Shown here: piece by piece, positions 8,809 to 17,873 of the stretch
Layout: every line of letters begins with the position of its first letter
Position numbering within the stretch: position 1 is the first letter of the stretch
NCBI GenBank assembly: GCA_041749375.1
Contig: JBGTBN010000010.1
Location: 9,828-73,827 of the forward strand
Source of the DNA: Spirochaetota bacterium
GTDB lineage: Bacteria; Spirochaetota; UBA4802; UBA5550
Length of the DNA stretch: 64,000 nucleotides
Direction: 5' to 3'
The notes under the pieces: generated by a model
The model's input: only the letters and a program-made list of their open reading frames with translations
What the model was told of the DNA's origin: nothing
The model's database searches: none
Program-made: the position numbers and the translations under genes

Positions 8809-10677
8809 ATGATACAAGTAACAAATCTATCGAAATCCTTTGGAAGCCAGCTCCTGTTCGACGAGGTCAGCTTCAACATCAACCAGAAAGAGCGGATCGG
8901 GCTGGTGGGCAGGAACGGACACGGCAAGACAACGCTCTTCCGGATCATCATCGGCGAGGAGCAGGCCGACTCGGGCGAGATATCCATTCCACGTAATTAC
9001 CGGATCGGGTACGTCACCCAGCAGCTCCTGTTCTCGGAGCAGACTGTGCTCGCAGAGGCCTGCAGGGGCCTCCCCGAGTACTTGCACGGAGAGACCTGGA
9101 TGGCGGAGAAAATCCTCTCCGGCCTTGGTTTTGCGAAGCAGGACATGGACCGGAGCACGTCTGAATTTTCCGGCGGTTACCAGGTGCGACTCGGACTCGC
9201 CCGGGTTTTAGTATCGGAGCCGGACCTCCTGCTCCTCGACGAGCCGACCAACTATCTCGACATCGTCTCGATCCGCTGGCTAGAGAAGTTCCTACGGCAG
9301 TGGAAGAGCGAGCTCCTGGTTATTACCCACGACCGCTCCTTCATGGACAGCGTGACCACGCATACAATGGGGATTCACCGCAAGAAGATACGTCGCATCG
9401 AAGGCGGCACTGACAAGTATTACGGCCAGATCCTCAAGGAAGAGGAGATATTCGAGAAGACCCGCATCAACGACGAGAAAAAGCGGAAGGAGGTCGAGCT
9501 TTTCATCACCCGCTTCCGAGCCAAGGCACGCCTGGCCGGCATGGTGCAGTCGCGGATCAAGCAGCTTGAAAAGCAGGACCGCCTGGACAAGCTGGACAAG
9601 ATCAAGACGCTGGATTTTTCATTCACCTATAAGCCGTTTCCTGCCAAGGTGCTCATGACCGTCGACGGCCTCTCCTTCTCGTATGGCGAGGAGGACCTTA
9701 TCCAGAACTTCGGCATCACCATCGGCAAGAGCGACCGGATCTGTGTTATCGGTAAGAACGGCAAGGGCAAGACCACGCTTCTCCGCCTGCTGGCAGGTGA
9801 GCTCCCCCCTCGATCGGGAGTGATATACTCACATGGCGACATGAACATCGGGCATTTCGCACAGACCAACGTGATGCGACTCAACGATTCCTTCACCATC
9901 GAGGATGAGATCATGAGCTCCGGTTGCGAGCGGCAGAGGGCCAGGGACATCGCTGGCGCCATGATGTTCGAGGGCGACATGGCGCTCAAAAGCATACGGG
10001 TGCTATCTGGCGGGGAGAAGAGCAGGGTGCTCATGGGCAAGATCCTGGCCCAGAAATCGAACCTGCTCCTGCTGGACGAGCCGACCAACCACCTTGACAT
10101 GGAGTCGTCTGACGCGTTGCTGGCTGCAATTGATGATTTCGATGGAGCGGTCATGATCGTGACCCACAACGAGATGTTCCTGCACACGCTGGCCAACCGC
10201 TTTGTGGTGTTCCAGGGGGGCGGGGTGTCGGTATTCGAGGGGAGCTATCAGGGCTTTCTCGAAAAGATAGGATGGGAAGACGAGCGAGCATACCCGTCCC
10301 AGCGCGAATCAGCCGCCTCGGCCGTTGCGCGCGCCGAGCGCGAGCCGGTGAACCGCAAGGACGTACGCAAGCTTCGCGCAGACATCCTTTCCAGAAAGTC
10401 AAAGTCGATCAATCCGCTCAAGACGAAGATCACGGAGGTCGAGTCGAACATCGAGCGGAAGGAGCGCCGCCTCTCCGCGCTCAACAACGACATCATTGCG
10501 GCATCGGGAATAGGGAAGGGGGAAACTATCGCGCAGTTGTCCCGGGAGATACATCAACTCCGTACCGAGATTGACGTGCTTTTCGACGAGCTCGAGGTAC
10601 TGATAACGGAGCTCGAAGGTAAAGTCCAAGAATTTGACCGCGAGATGGGAGTGCTGGAGGTCCCGGCCCAGGAATAG
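8809..10677 (+). CDS. ABC-F family ATPase (two ABC domains, C-terminal coiled coil)
   Basis: 622 aa. There are two Walker A motifs (GRNGHGKTT, GKNGKGKTT) and two signature motifs (FSGGYQ, LSGGEK). It has no TM domain and a K/E-rich C-terminal tail. Confidence 0.9.
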   Translation: MIQVTNLSKSFGSQLLFDEVSFNINQKERIGLVGRNGHGKTTLFRIIIGEEQADSGEISIPRNYRIGYVTQQLLFSEQTVLAEACRGLPEYLHGETWMAEKILSGLGFAKQDMDRSTSEFSGGYQVRLGLARVLVSEPDLLLLDEPTNYLDIVSIRWLEKFLRQWKSELLVITHDRSFMDSVTTHTMGIHRKKIRRIEGGTDKYYGQILKEEEIFEKTRINDEKKRKEVELFITRFRAKARLAGMVQSRIKQLEKQDRLDKLDKIKTLDFSFTYKPFPAKVLMTVDGLSFSYGEEDLIQNFGITIGKSDRICVIGKNGKGKTTLLRLLAGELPPRSGVIYSHGDMNIGHFAQTNVMRLNDSFTIEDEIMSSGCERQRARDIAGAMMFEGDMALKSIRVLSGGEKSRVLMGKILAQKSNLLLLDEPTNHLDMESSDALLAAIDDFDGAVMIVTHNEMFLHTLANRFVVFQGGGVSVFEGSYQGFLEKIGWEDERAYPSQRESAASAVARAEREPVNRKDVRKLRADILSRKSKSINPLKTKITEVESNIERKERRLSALNNDIIAASGIGKGETIAQLSREIHQLRTEIDVLFDELEVLITELEGKVQEFDREMGVLEVPAQE

Positions 10678-10729
10678 AGGCCCGGACCTGTACCTTTTGC
10701 GACTTCAGATTATAATCATTGGAGGAGCC

Positions 10730-11158
10730 ATGGAAACATATGGAATCGTAATAATTGCTCTTGCCCTGCCCGGTTTTGTCCTGTTCTGGATCGGGATTAA
10801 TGCCCTGATGGCGATTGCCGGCGGGTGGTTCGGTCTTGCCAGGTCTCATCCCATACCGGGCCACCTGTATGAAAAAGGAGTGCGCTACTCGTTTCAATCG
10901 CTGCGTCTCGGGCTGTTTGCAAATTACAATTCATCGGTGCACGTGACCATCTACTCTTCAGGAATAATGATTGCCCCGCTCTTTATTTTTTCCATTCTGC
11001 ACAGACCGATATTTATTCGGTATGACGCCATGAGTTCCCCTTCATTCGGCAGGTTCATCATGTATTATGCTTCATTTTCATTTGATGGAAGGAAGATGAG
11101 GATTATGGGCAAGAGTGCTCTCTCAATCAAGGAAAAAATCGCCCTTCCTGATGCTTGA
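10730..11158 (+). CDS. Small membrane protein, unknown function
   Basis: ATG at 10730 follows GGAGGA. The N-terminus METYGIVIIALALPGFVLFWIGINALMAIAGGWF contains two TM helices. Confidence 0.55.
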   Translation: METYGIVIIALALPGFVLFWIGINALMAIAGGWFGLARSHPIPGHLYEKGVRYSFQSLRLGLFANYNSSVHVTIYSSGIMIAPLFIFSILHRPIFIRYDAMSSPSFGRFIMYYASFSFDGRKMRIMGKSALSIKEKIALPDA

Positions 11159-11247
11159 ATATGTCCTTTACCCGCATGACAATAGAGCGTATATACAACG
11201 GGTAACCGTCACGACATACTGCCGGAGTCGTGACGGTATCATTGATG

Positions 11248-11622
11248 CTATTTGTTTTTGATTGAAATCAGCTTATACTCACTACCCGACTTTATTACTA
11301 CAACAATAACATCAAGCTTGCTTCCTTTTTTTTGTAAAAACTGTCCTACTTTCCTACTACTTTCTTTATTGAATTTAAGCAAGGCCCCATAGTGATAAAG
11401 GGAATAGCCGCTTGCCGCGCATTCAGGCATGAGGGCACATTCCTTTGAGTGAGATTTAATGAATTGCTCCATGCTGCTTTTATGTGCGTTTGCACAGTGA
11501 TTATCAACAATTGTGCCTGAAATTGTTATGTTTTCAGATTTTTTATCCTTCTGAATATCTGCTGCAAATGCGCCTGTTGATATAAGAGTAACAGATATTA
11601 GCATTAATATGATTTGTTTCAT
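11248..11622 (-). CDS. Secreted Cys-containing protein, unknown function
   Basis: 124 aa with signal peptide MKQIILMLISVTLISTGAFA. AT-rich coding sequence. Confidence 0.55.
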   Translation of the reverse strand: MKQIILMLISVTLISTGAFAADIQKDKKSENITISGTIVDNHCANAHKSSMEQFIKSHSKECALMPECAASGYSLYHYGALLKFNKESSRKVGQFLQKKGSKLDVIVVVIKSGSEYKLISIKNK

Positions 11623-11772
11623 TATACATCTCCTCTATTTAGAATATTAAATAATACTAAAATATCATGAGACTGTCAAGCTGTGAGAGTGATTTTTTTC
11701 AGTATTGTTATAATGGGAAGTGCTCTATCGTTTCAAGGGGGGCAACTGGGCGAGGATATCATGGTATTCGGG

Positions 11773-12390
11773 TTAGAAGCAGCTGCCGGTTGATTGTCGG
11801 TAGATGCACCCAGCGGGGAAAACCGTGTCACCTATATCCAGCATGGCATTGATAAGTGCAGCATCCCGGAATGATGGAATGTCTTCAATGGTTACCCTTT
11901 CCTCTTGAATCAATCCCTCTGCAAGTAGGTGTGCACGCTTGGTCCCTTTCAGCAGGGGTGAAGCGGGTGTGACCCATGAGCGCCCGTTGAAGAATATGAT
12001 ATTGCTGAATGATGTATCTGTTATCTGTCCGTTTTTTACAATGAGGATGTCATCACATCCGCCTCTTCGTGCCTGGAGCGATAATAGTCTTTCTTTGTTT
12101 TCAAATTTATACGAGTAATCAATAGTATCATCGTAAACCAGCTTCAAGCTACTGATGTTTCTCCTGGTATACTTTTCAATTGTCACATCCAATATTTTTT
12201 CGGAGTATACAATTCTACATTTATAGATGCCGCGCATACAATCTTCCGGGACTGTCACAATGTCCCGGATGTCATATGAATCGGTGCGATTCAACAGGTT
12301 GAGCCGCGATTCATTCATCCGTCTTGAATGATATGACGGATTGATGATCTCTCCATCCATGATTTTCAGACTCTCAATTAATCGGCACAT
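11773..12390 (-). CDS. pabC: Aminodeoxychorismate lyase-like (class IV aminotransferase fold, short form)
   Basis: 205 aa with the pattern ...NPSYHSRRMNESR...GGCDDILIVKNGQITDTSFSNIIF...TPASPLLKGTKR. It overlaps the upstream pabB-like gene by 17 nt. Confidence 0.6.
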   Translation of the reverse strand: MCRLIESLKIMDGEIINPSYHSRRMNESRLNLLNRTDSYDIRDIVTVPEDCMRGIYKCRIVYSEKILDVTIEKYTRRNISSLKLVYDDTIDYSYKFENKERLLSLQARRGGCDDILIVKNGQITDTSFSNIIFFNGRSWVTPASPLLKGTKRAHLLAEGLIQEERVTIEDIPSFRDAALINAMLDIGDTVFPAGCIYRQSTGSCF

Positions 12391-13336
12391 ATATTTTATC
12401 GATCATCTCCTGGTATTCCATTTCCGGATTACTGTAGACCGTAATCCCACCGCCGCTTTTATAATATAGTTCGTCATTAATTCTTTCCATGTACCGGATC
12501 ATAACTCCGCTGTCCAGATTGTTTCCGTCAAAGAAGCCGAATATACCGGTGTAGTATCCCCGGTCATAGTTTTCTGCCGCGCGGATTATTTCCACAGTCC
12601 TTTTCTTGGGTGCACCGGTGACTGATCCGGCAGGGAGGAGCGAGGCAATGATTGTCCCGATTCGGGAATTGTAATCCCGATCGAGTCGCCCGGTGATCAG
12701 GGAGCTGATCTGGAGTAATGTCTTTTCGGGAGAATAAACTTTTTCAATGTAGCGAAATCGTTCGACGGTCACTCCGGTTGAAACCTGGTTCAGATCGTTT
12801 CGGATAAGGTCAACAATGGTGAGGTGCTCTGAAAATTCTTTCTCGTCAGCAAGAATTATCTTCTCGGCATCGGGTATAGCGTCGTCTATGGTCCCCTTCA
12901 TCGGATGGGATGCTATTATTCCACCGTGTATCGTGATAAAGGTTTCAGGCGAGAAGACCAGGAAGGTATCTTTAAACAATAACTTGTATCTGGCCGTGCA
13001 TCTGGAATAAATCTCTGTGAGGGTGAGATTTATCTCTATTTTGGTAGGCACGGTTAGATTCAACAGATACGAGTTGCCGTTCATCTGGTGTTCGATGATG
13101 AAATCGAATTTATTTTTATATTGCTGATAGGATACAGGGTACTTGTTCAGAACGACCGCCTGTTTCGTTTCCGTATAATCGATATCCGGATGGTTTTGTA
13201 TCCCATTAATTGAATACAGGATGTCTTTGCCATCCAGGTCGGCAAGCGGGATTACTACTGGACGCTTGATTTCGAAATCGATTATAAATAAAAACGGGAT
13301 ACGGTTTTTCCCGTAAAAATTCATGGCGTCAATCAT
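12374..13336 (-). CDS. pabB: Chorismate-binding enzyme, short PabB-like aminodeoxychorismate synthase component I
   Basis: 320 aa. Contains LLPAGSVTGAPKKRTVEIIRAAENYDRGYYTGIFGFFD and GGGITVYSNPEMEYQE, the conserved C-terminal core of the TrpE/PabB family. Confidence 0.7.
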   Translation of the reverse strand: MIDAMNFYGKNRIPFLFIIDFEIKRPVVIPLADLDGKDILYSINGIQNHPDIDYTETKQAVVLNKYPVSYQQYKNKFDFIIEHQMNGNSYLLNLTVPTKIEINLTLTEIYSRCTARYKLLFKDTFLVFSPETFITIHGGIIASHPMKGTIDDAIPDAEKIILADEKEFSEHLTIVDLIRNDLNQVSTGVTVERFRYIEKVYSPEKTLLQISSLITGRLDRDYNSRIGTIIASLLPAGSVTGAPKKRTVEIIRAAENYDRGYYTGIFGFFDGNNLDSGVMIRYMERINDELYYKSGGGITVYSNPEMEYQEMIDKIYVPIN

Positions 13337-15426
13337 GTAATCCGGACCCTTGCATCAAGTGCGACTGCGCCGGAACCGAGTATCCGCACCGGGTTTGCGT
13401 CAAGCTCCTGGATTTCGGGGAACGTAGCCAGCAGATGTGAAATCCGTACTATCATGTCAACGTATGCTTCGATGTCACCCGCCGCTTTCCCCCTGGTGCC
13501 TTTCAGTATGCGGAACGATTTTAAATCCTTTACCTTCTCGAGGATCTCGTCACGGCTTGCGGGAGAGAGAAGTAATTTCACGTCCTTGAAAATTTCGATA
13601 TAAATTCCGCCATATCCGAAAAATACAACGGGTCCGAATGAAGCGTCCTGCCTGCCGCCGATGAACATATCGTAACCCTCTTCAGCCATTCTCATGACCC
13701 GGACGCCCTCGAATCGTGCTTGCTTGTTGTACGCGGCAAGGTTTTGTTGTATCGAATCGAACCCTTCCTTGACTTCTTTATCACTGCGCAGATTAAGGAT
13801 GACGCCGCCTGCTTCAGACTTGTGAAGCGCGTCCGGCGATACCACTTTCAGCACAACCGGGTAACCGATATTTTTTGCGAGAGAGGCTGCCGTGTCCCTT
13901 TCTCCGGCTATGGCCGACGGCGCGACCGGAACTCCGAAAGAAGTTAGAAGATCAAGGCTCTCTTCGCCGGTGTCGCCGTGGTGAGCTGCGACCCATTTTC
14001 TTGCTTTGTCGAGGTCGATCCCGTCCGGCATCGAGTATTCACCGGGACCATGAAGTTTCCTGATGTGATAATCGCACTGCTTTTTCAGGGCGACCATCAT
14101 CTCCTCGAAGCTGTCGAAGATGGGGAAGTTGATGTTCTTTTTTATGGTTGATATCGTCGAAGACAGACCGAAGATGCAGCATGCCAGCGGTTTGCCGGAG
14201 GAAAGCATTGTGCCGGTGGCTTCCTTGGACAGATCGGTGTGAAACATCTTGTAGAAAACATCCTGACCACGCGGCATTTCCGGCCACTGGCTAACGAATA
14301 CGGCACCGTCCACATTGGTATTATGCATTACCTCGTAAAATATTTTCGTATGAAGGTTCGGGTCGTAGATATCACCCATGTCAAGCGGGTTCGAGAAGTT
14401 GATGACACCGGCGTTCGAGAAACCCTTCAGTCCTGCGTAAAACTCCTTTCCGGGATCGGCGAAACGGAAGCCGATTTTCTCGCACAGGTCGGCCATCATG
14501 ACCGTGATGCCGCCGGCCGGGCTCATCATCATTAGACGATTGTCCCGCATCGGAGGCAGGTCGAACGCCTTGGCGACGTTGATGAAGTCGTTGAAATGGG
14601 TGATCCTGATTATGCCGGCCTTCTCGAACGCTGAATCGATGATCTCATCATCATTCGATAACGCAGCCGTGTGGCTCATGGCCGCCCTGCGACCTGCCAT
14701 GGTGGTGTTGGACTTGAGGATAACAATCGGTTTGTTTATTCTGGCCGCGGCCGCGAGCAGGTCTTTCCCGCGGGGAAGGCTCTCCAGGTACATCCCGATG
14801 ATCTTCGTTTCAGGGTCCCGGCCATAATATTCGAGAAAATCCACCTCATCAAGGTCCAGCTTGTTCCCGATGCTGGCAAACTTTGCCATCCCGACGTTCT
14901 GGTCGGTCATGAAGTTCCAGAGCATGATGCCGACGCCGCCGCTCTGGGATACGATAGAAAGACCCCCTTTCGGTGGAGGAAACGAGGGAATGAAAGGAAG
15001 ACAGAGTCCGTTTGCGGTATTTGCCACGGTGAGGCCGTTAGGGCCGACAAACCGTATATTATGCTTGCGAGCCTTCTCGCGCAAAATAACTGAAAGATTC
15101 TTCCCCTCTGCTCCCAGCTCGTTGAAGCCGCCGGAGGGTATTGCCATCCATCGAGTGCCGACGCTTCCACATTCATCTACGAGGTCGGGAATGTATTTTG
15201 CTGGCACCAGGGCGAAGACCAGATCCGGAACGACCGGCAGGTTGCTTATACTTTTATACATCTGGATCCCGTTGACTTCATGGTCGTCGGATCGGGCGTT
15301 TACTCCCAGGATCCTTCCTTTGTATCCCCATCGAATCAGGTTTTCAAGTACCAGTTTGGGTATGTTGTTAGCTTTCGAGGAGAGCCCGATAATCGCAAGC
15401 GATTCGGGATAAAAGAGTTTTTCCAT
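13333..15426 (-). CDS. ADP-forming acetyl/acyl-CoA synthetase (CoA-binding plus ATP-grasp fusion)
   Basis: 697 aa. The N-terminus FYPESLAIIGLS...GVNA... is a CoA-binding/succinyl-CoA synthetase-like flavodoxin domain. The C-terminus is ATP-grasp (GYPVVLKVVSPDALHKSEAGGV). It overlaps pabB-like by 4 nt. Confidence 0.8.
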   Translation of the reverse strand: MEKLFYPESLAIIGLSSKANNIPKLVLENLIRWGYKGRILGVNARSDDHEVNGIQMYKSISNLPVVPDLVFALVPAKYIPDLVDECGSVGTRWMAIPSGGFNELGAEGKNLSVILREKARKHNIRFVGPNGLTVANTANGLCLPFIPSFPPPKGGLSIVSQSGGVGIMLWNFMTDQNVGMAKFASIGNKLDLDEVDFLEYYGRDPETKIIGMYLESLPRGKDLLAAAARINKPIVILKSNTTMAGRRAAMSHTAALSNDDEIIDSAFEKAGIIRITHFNDFINVAKAFDLPPMRDNRLMMMSPAGGITVMMADLCEKIGFRFADPGKEFYAGLKGFSNAGVINFSNPLDMGDIYDPNLHTKIFYEVMHNTNVDGAVFVSQWPEMPRGQDVFYKMFHTDLSKEATGTMLSSGKPLACCIFGLSSTISTIKKNINFPIFDSFEEMMVALKKQCDYHIRKLHGPGEYSMPDGIDLDKARKWVAAHHGDTGEESLDLLTSFGVPVAPSAIAGERDTAASLAKNIGYPVVLKVVSPDALHKSEAGGVILNLRSDKEVKEGFDSIQQNLAAYNKQARFEGVRVMRMAEEGYDMFIGGRQDASFGPVVFFGYGGIYIEIFKDVKLLLSPASRDEILEKVKDLKSFRILKGTRGKAAGDIEAYVDMIVRISHLLATFPEIQELDANPVRILGSGAVALDARVRIT

Positions 15427-15623
15427 GGGTTCCTCCCTGTTGATCGCCGTGAGTATTAACGGCGATGGCGATCATGCAATATCAGCCTACCATGTTGCGA
15501 TAAGCTTCGTCAATTCGTTTTAGCAAAGTTTGGAGCAACTACCGGATCGTGTATCCGTAATAATATATTACCCGGCATTGCTGTGTACAACCAGAGGTCT
15601 GGAAGACCCGTGGCATGATAGTA

Positions 15624-15911
15624 TTAAATGCCCTGGAGGGATGAGAATTTCAGGATCCGTTTTATATTTTCTGAACAGTTTATTATTGAGAGGGTATGAT
15701 TTGAATCTTTCAGTTTGTTTGAAAGTGTTAATAGCGCACGAATGCCGGATGAATCAATATAATCCACCAGATCAAGATCAACTTCTACGTTTTTCCCCAA
15801 ACCGGGAATGTTCGCAATCTTATCGCTGAAAGGCTTGATCGTGGTTGATTCGAGATTGCCCTCTATAATTAATTTTATAATATCAGTTCCTTGATTGATT
15901 TTAACCTTCAT
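15624..15911 (-). CDS. STAS-domain anti-sigma-factor antagonist
   Basis: 95 aa. Contains DLDLVDYIDSSGIRALL, the SpoIIAA-type phosphorylatable Ser context. Confidence 0.8.
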   Translation of the reverse strand: MKVKINQGTDIIKLIIEGNLESTTIKPFSDKIANIPGLGKNVEVDLDLVDYIDSSGIRALLTLSNKLKDSNHTLSIINCSENIKRILKFSSLQGI

Positions 15912-16032
15912 TATAATATCCTCTGTCGACTTTTATATATTTACTATTTCTTGTTCATCACTACTATATATTACAATCGGGATTATTGTGCCTTATTTAT
16001 TAATATATGTCAATAAACTTTCTCAAAGAGAA

Positions 16033-16044
16033 GATAGTTATCGC
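16033..16044 (+). repeat. Copy of GATAGTTATCGC motif in the STAS promoter region
   Basis: Exact 12-mer. It is followed by the dyad CATGTTtatAACATG (16045-16059). Confidence 0.9.
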
Positions 16045-16188
16045 CATGTTTATAACATGTTATCTGATTCCCGGGAAATTCTGATTAGATTTTCCGTGTT
16101 GAAACTCTAAGGCTCGGCAGGAAACCTAAAAAAAAAGATTAATAATTGATTAAAGCTAGCATTGGACCGGATTGACTGGAGGTAATTA

Positions 16189-17250
16189 TCAATTAAGGGA
16201 AAAATGGCCCATACCAAGTAGTTGACCGCCCGCCGTCCAGACTTCCACAGTATATTTTCCCGGACCCTCGAGAATGGTGTGACGGGACCATGTTCCAAAA
16301 CCTTGCTTTCTGCCTCCTCTTATTTCGTTCAGACTTACTGTAAACAGGCGTCTTCCATTGTGATACCATACATGATCAATTTTTTCTTTAAGTCCCCTCG
16401 GCGCGAATATTGAGGAGTAAAAATAAACTTCCGATGCGGAATTAAAGTTCGATCGACTGAAAGCCTCAATTGGTTTGTACAGCTCGATCTTGCGGCAGGC
16501 TGTTGCGCGAGTTAGCTTTAGCGGGGAGGGGGGGATAAGACTCCTGCTAAACCATAAAAGAATGAAAAATAGACAAATTCCAATGATAAAGACAAGACTA
16601 TTTTTTCTGTTTTTTAGCAATTCAATATGCGGATACACGAAAATGAGTACAGCTGCTGCGGCAACTCCACCGGAGATGAGCAAGCTCCAGATGTTTCTCG
16701 TTCCAAAGAGAACAGGAAGAAGAAAGTTCAATACACAAAAGAATGTAAGGGCATAGAATAATGAACTTCGTAAAGGGTGTTTTGCAATGAATCGCTGGTA
16801 TACTGAGAACCAGCCTGCGATGATGGTTAGCCCGAGTATGAGTGGAGCGAATAACATGTTGCGTGATGGGAAAGTCATCGACTCGAAATAAAATGGCAAA
16901 ACGAAAAGAAGCATGTTGTTTATGATGAATATCAGAGCAGTATCCCATAATGAGGTTATAGCACCTTTCTTTTCTTTTAAAGGATAAAGCCGGAATGTAA
17001 TATAAAAAAATGCAAAGATGGTTGAAACAATAGCAATCGGCACGTATTCGAATCCCTTTTGAAAAAGAAATATTACCAGGAGGCTTGTAGCCAGGGAGAA
17101 TAGAGGCTGCAGTTTCATGAGACGTTGCAGGCCTTCAGGCCACAGGTTAATTAATGTATGAAGATACCTGAAAGTTCCGGTTATTCCCGGAGGGTGATCT
17201 TTCCGGGAAGGGAAGCCTTCCGTGTAATAGTGTAGTAACCTATCAATCAT
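16189..17250 (-). CDS. Polytopic membrane protein with DUF2914-like C-terminal domain
   Basis: 353 aa, about 8 TM helices, then a soluble tail ...IDHVWYHNGRRLFTVSLNEIRGGRKQGFGTWSRHTILEGPGKYTVEVWTAGGQLLG. This matches my recollection of DUF2914. Confidence 0.6.
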   Translation of the reverse strand: MIDRLLHYYTEGFPSRKDHPPGITGTFRYLHTLINLWPEGLQRLMKLQPLFSLATSLLVIFLFQKGFEYVPIAIVSTIFAFFYITFRLYPLKEKKGAITSLWDTALIFIINNMLLFVLPFYFESMTFPSRNMLFAPLILGLTIIAGWFSVYQRFIAKHPLRSSLFYALTFFCVLNFLLPVLFGTRNIWSLLISGGVAAAAVLIFVYPHIELLKNRKNSLVFIIGICLFFILLWFSRSLIPPSPLKLTRATACRKIELYKPIEAFSRSNFNSASEVYFYSSIFAPRGLKEKIDHVWYHNGRRLFTVSLNEIRGGRKQGFGTWSRHTILEGPGKYTVEVWTAGGQLLGMGHFSLN

Positions 17251-17297
17251 AATTAGATGAGATAAAGCTAATGTGAATCAAGGATGTCAAATATTAT

Positions 17298-17762
17298 TTA
17301 TGTAATGTAACGCATCAGAGTTTCAGTCGCTGGCAGTCCCCAAAAATTGATATTGTATATGATGCCATTTTTTATTCTTCGCGAGAAAATATAATTCATT
17401 AAGCGATAACTATCTATGTTCTCGATGATAGAGTTTTTCATTTTCATGATTATCAAATTTATAAATTGTTTAACAGCATCAGAGATGATCAATGATAATG
17501 TTTTTTTATATATTTTACGAAAATCATTACAATACTCATATTCATCTTCTCGTAAGTATAAATGAAATGTATGCCAGTTAGAAGGATTATCACGCTTCTG
17601 ATATTTGACCGCTGAAAACATGACTACCTGATGATTATGCTCCGAATATTTCTTCAAGAGAATTCTAATGATGTTCATCCTTGAGAGGTGCAGCATGTTT
17701 GATGCATGATCTAGCTTATACATTATTCCTTTTTGAATATTAATCGTCGTTTTAATTGCCAT
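17298..17762 (-). CDS. Hypothetical protein with possible N-terminal ribbon-helix-helix
   Basis: 154 aa, very AT-rich (13 G+C in the 60 nt at 17461-17520). The N-terminus KTTINIQKGIMYKLDHASNMLHLSRMNIIRILLKKY fits a beta-alpha-alpha RHH pattern. I recognise no family. Confidence 0.45.
   Translation of the reverse strand: MAIKTTINIQKGIMYKLDHASNMLHLSRMNIIRILLKKYSEHNHQVVMFSAVKYQKRDNPSNWHTFHLYLREDEYEYCNDFRKIYKKTLSLIISDAVKQFINLIIMKMKNSIIENIDSYRLMNYIFSRRIKNGIIYNINFWGLPATETLMRYIT
17403..17414 (-). repeat. Copy of GATAGTTATCGC motif, the only one on the minus strand
   Basis: The plus strand reads GCGATAACTATC. It lies inside the 154-aa ORF, encoding D-S-Y-R. Confidence 0.9.
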
Positions 17763-17873
17763 GGTTGCTCCTGTCTTTATAACATTTATTTATATAACGA
17801 ACGGCAGGTTAATAAAATAAAAAAAATTTAGATTAATGTCATTTATATTAAAAATGAGATAAATAATCTTTAA

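Noticed and set aside
14718-14730. Further degenerate relatives of the 12-mer: GGATAACAATCGG at 14718, GTTATCGCC at 23729 and TTATCGCT at 15831.
   Set aside because: They have two or more mismatches or only 8-9 matching bases, and such partial matches are expected by chance. I did not count them as motif copies.
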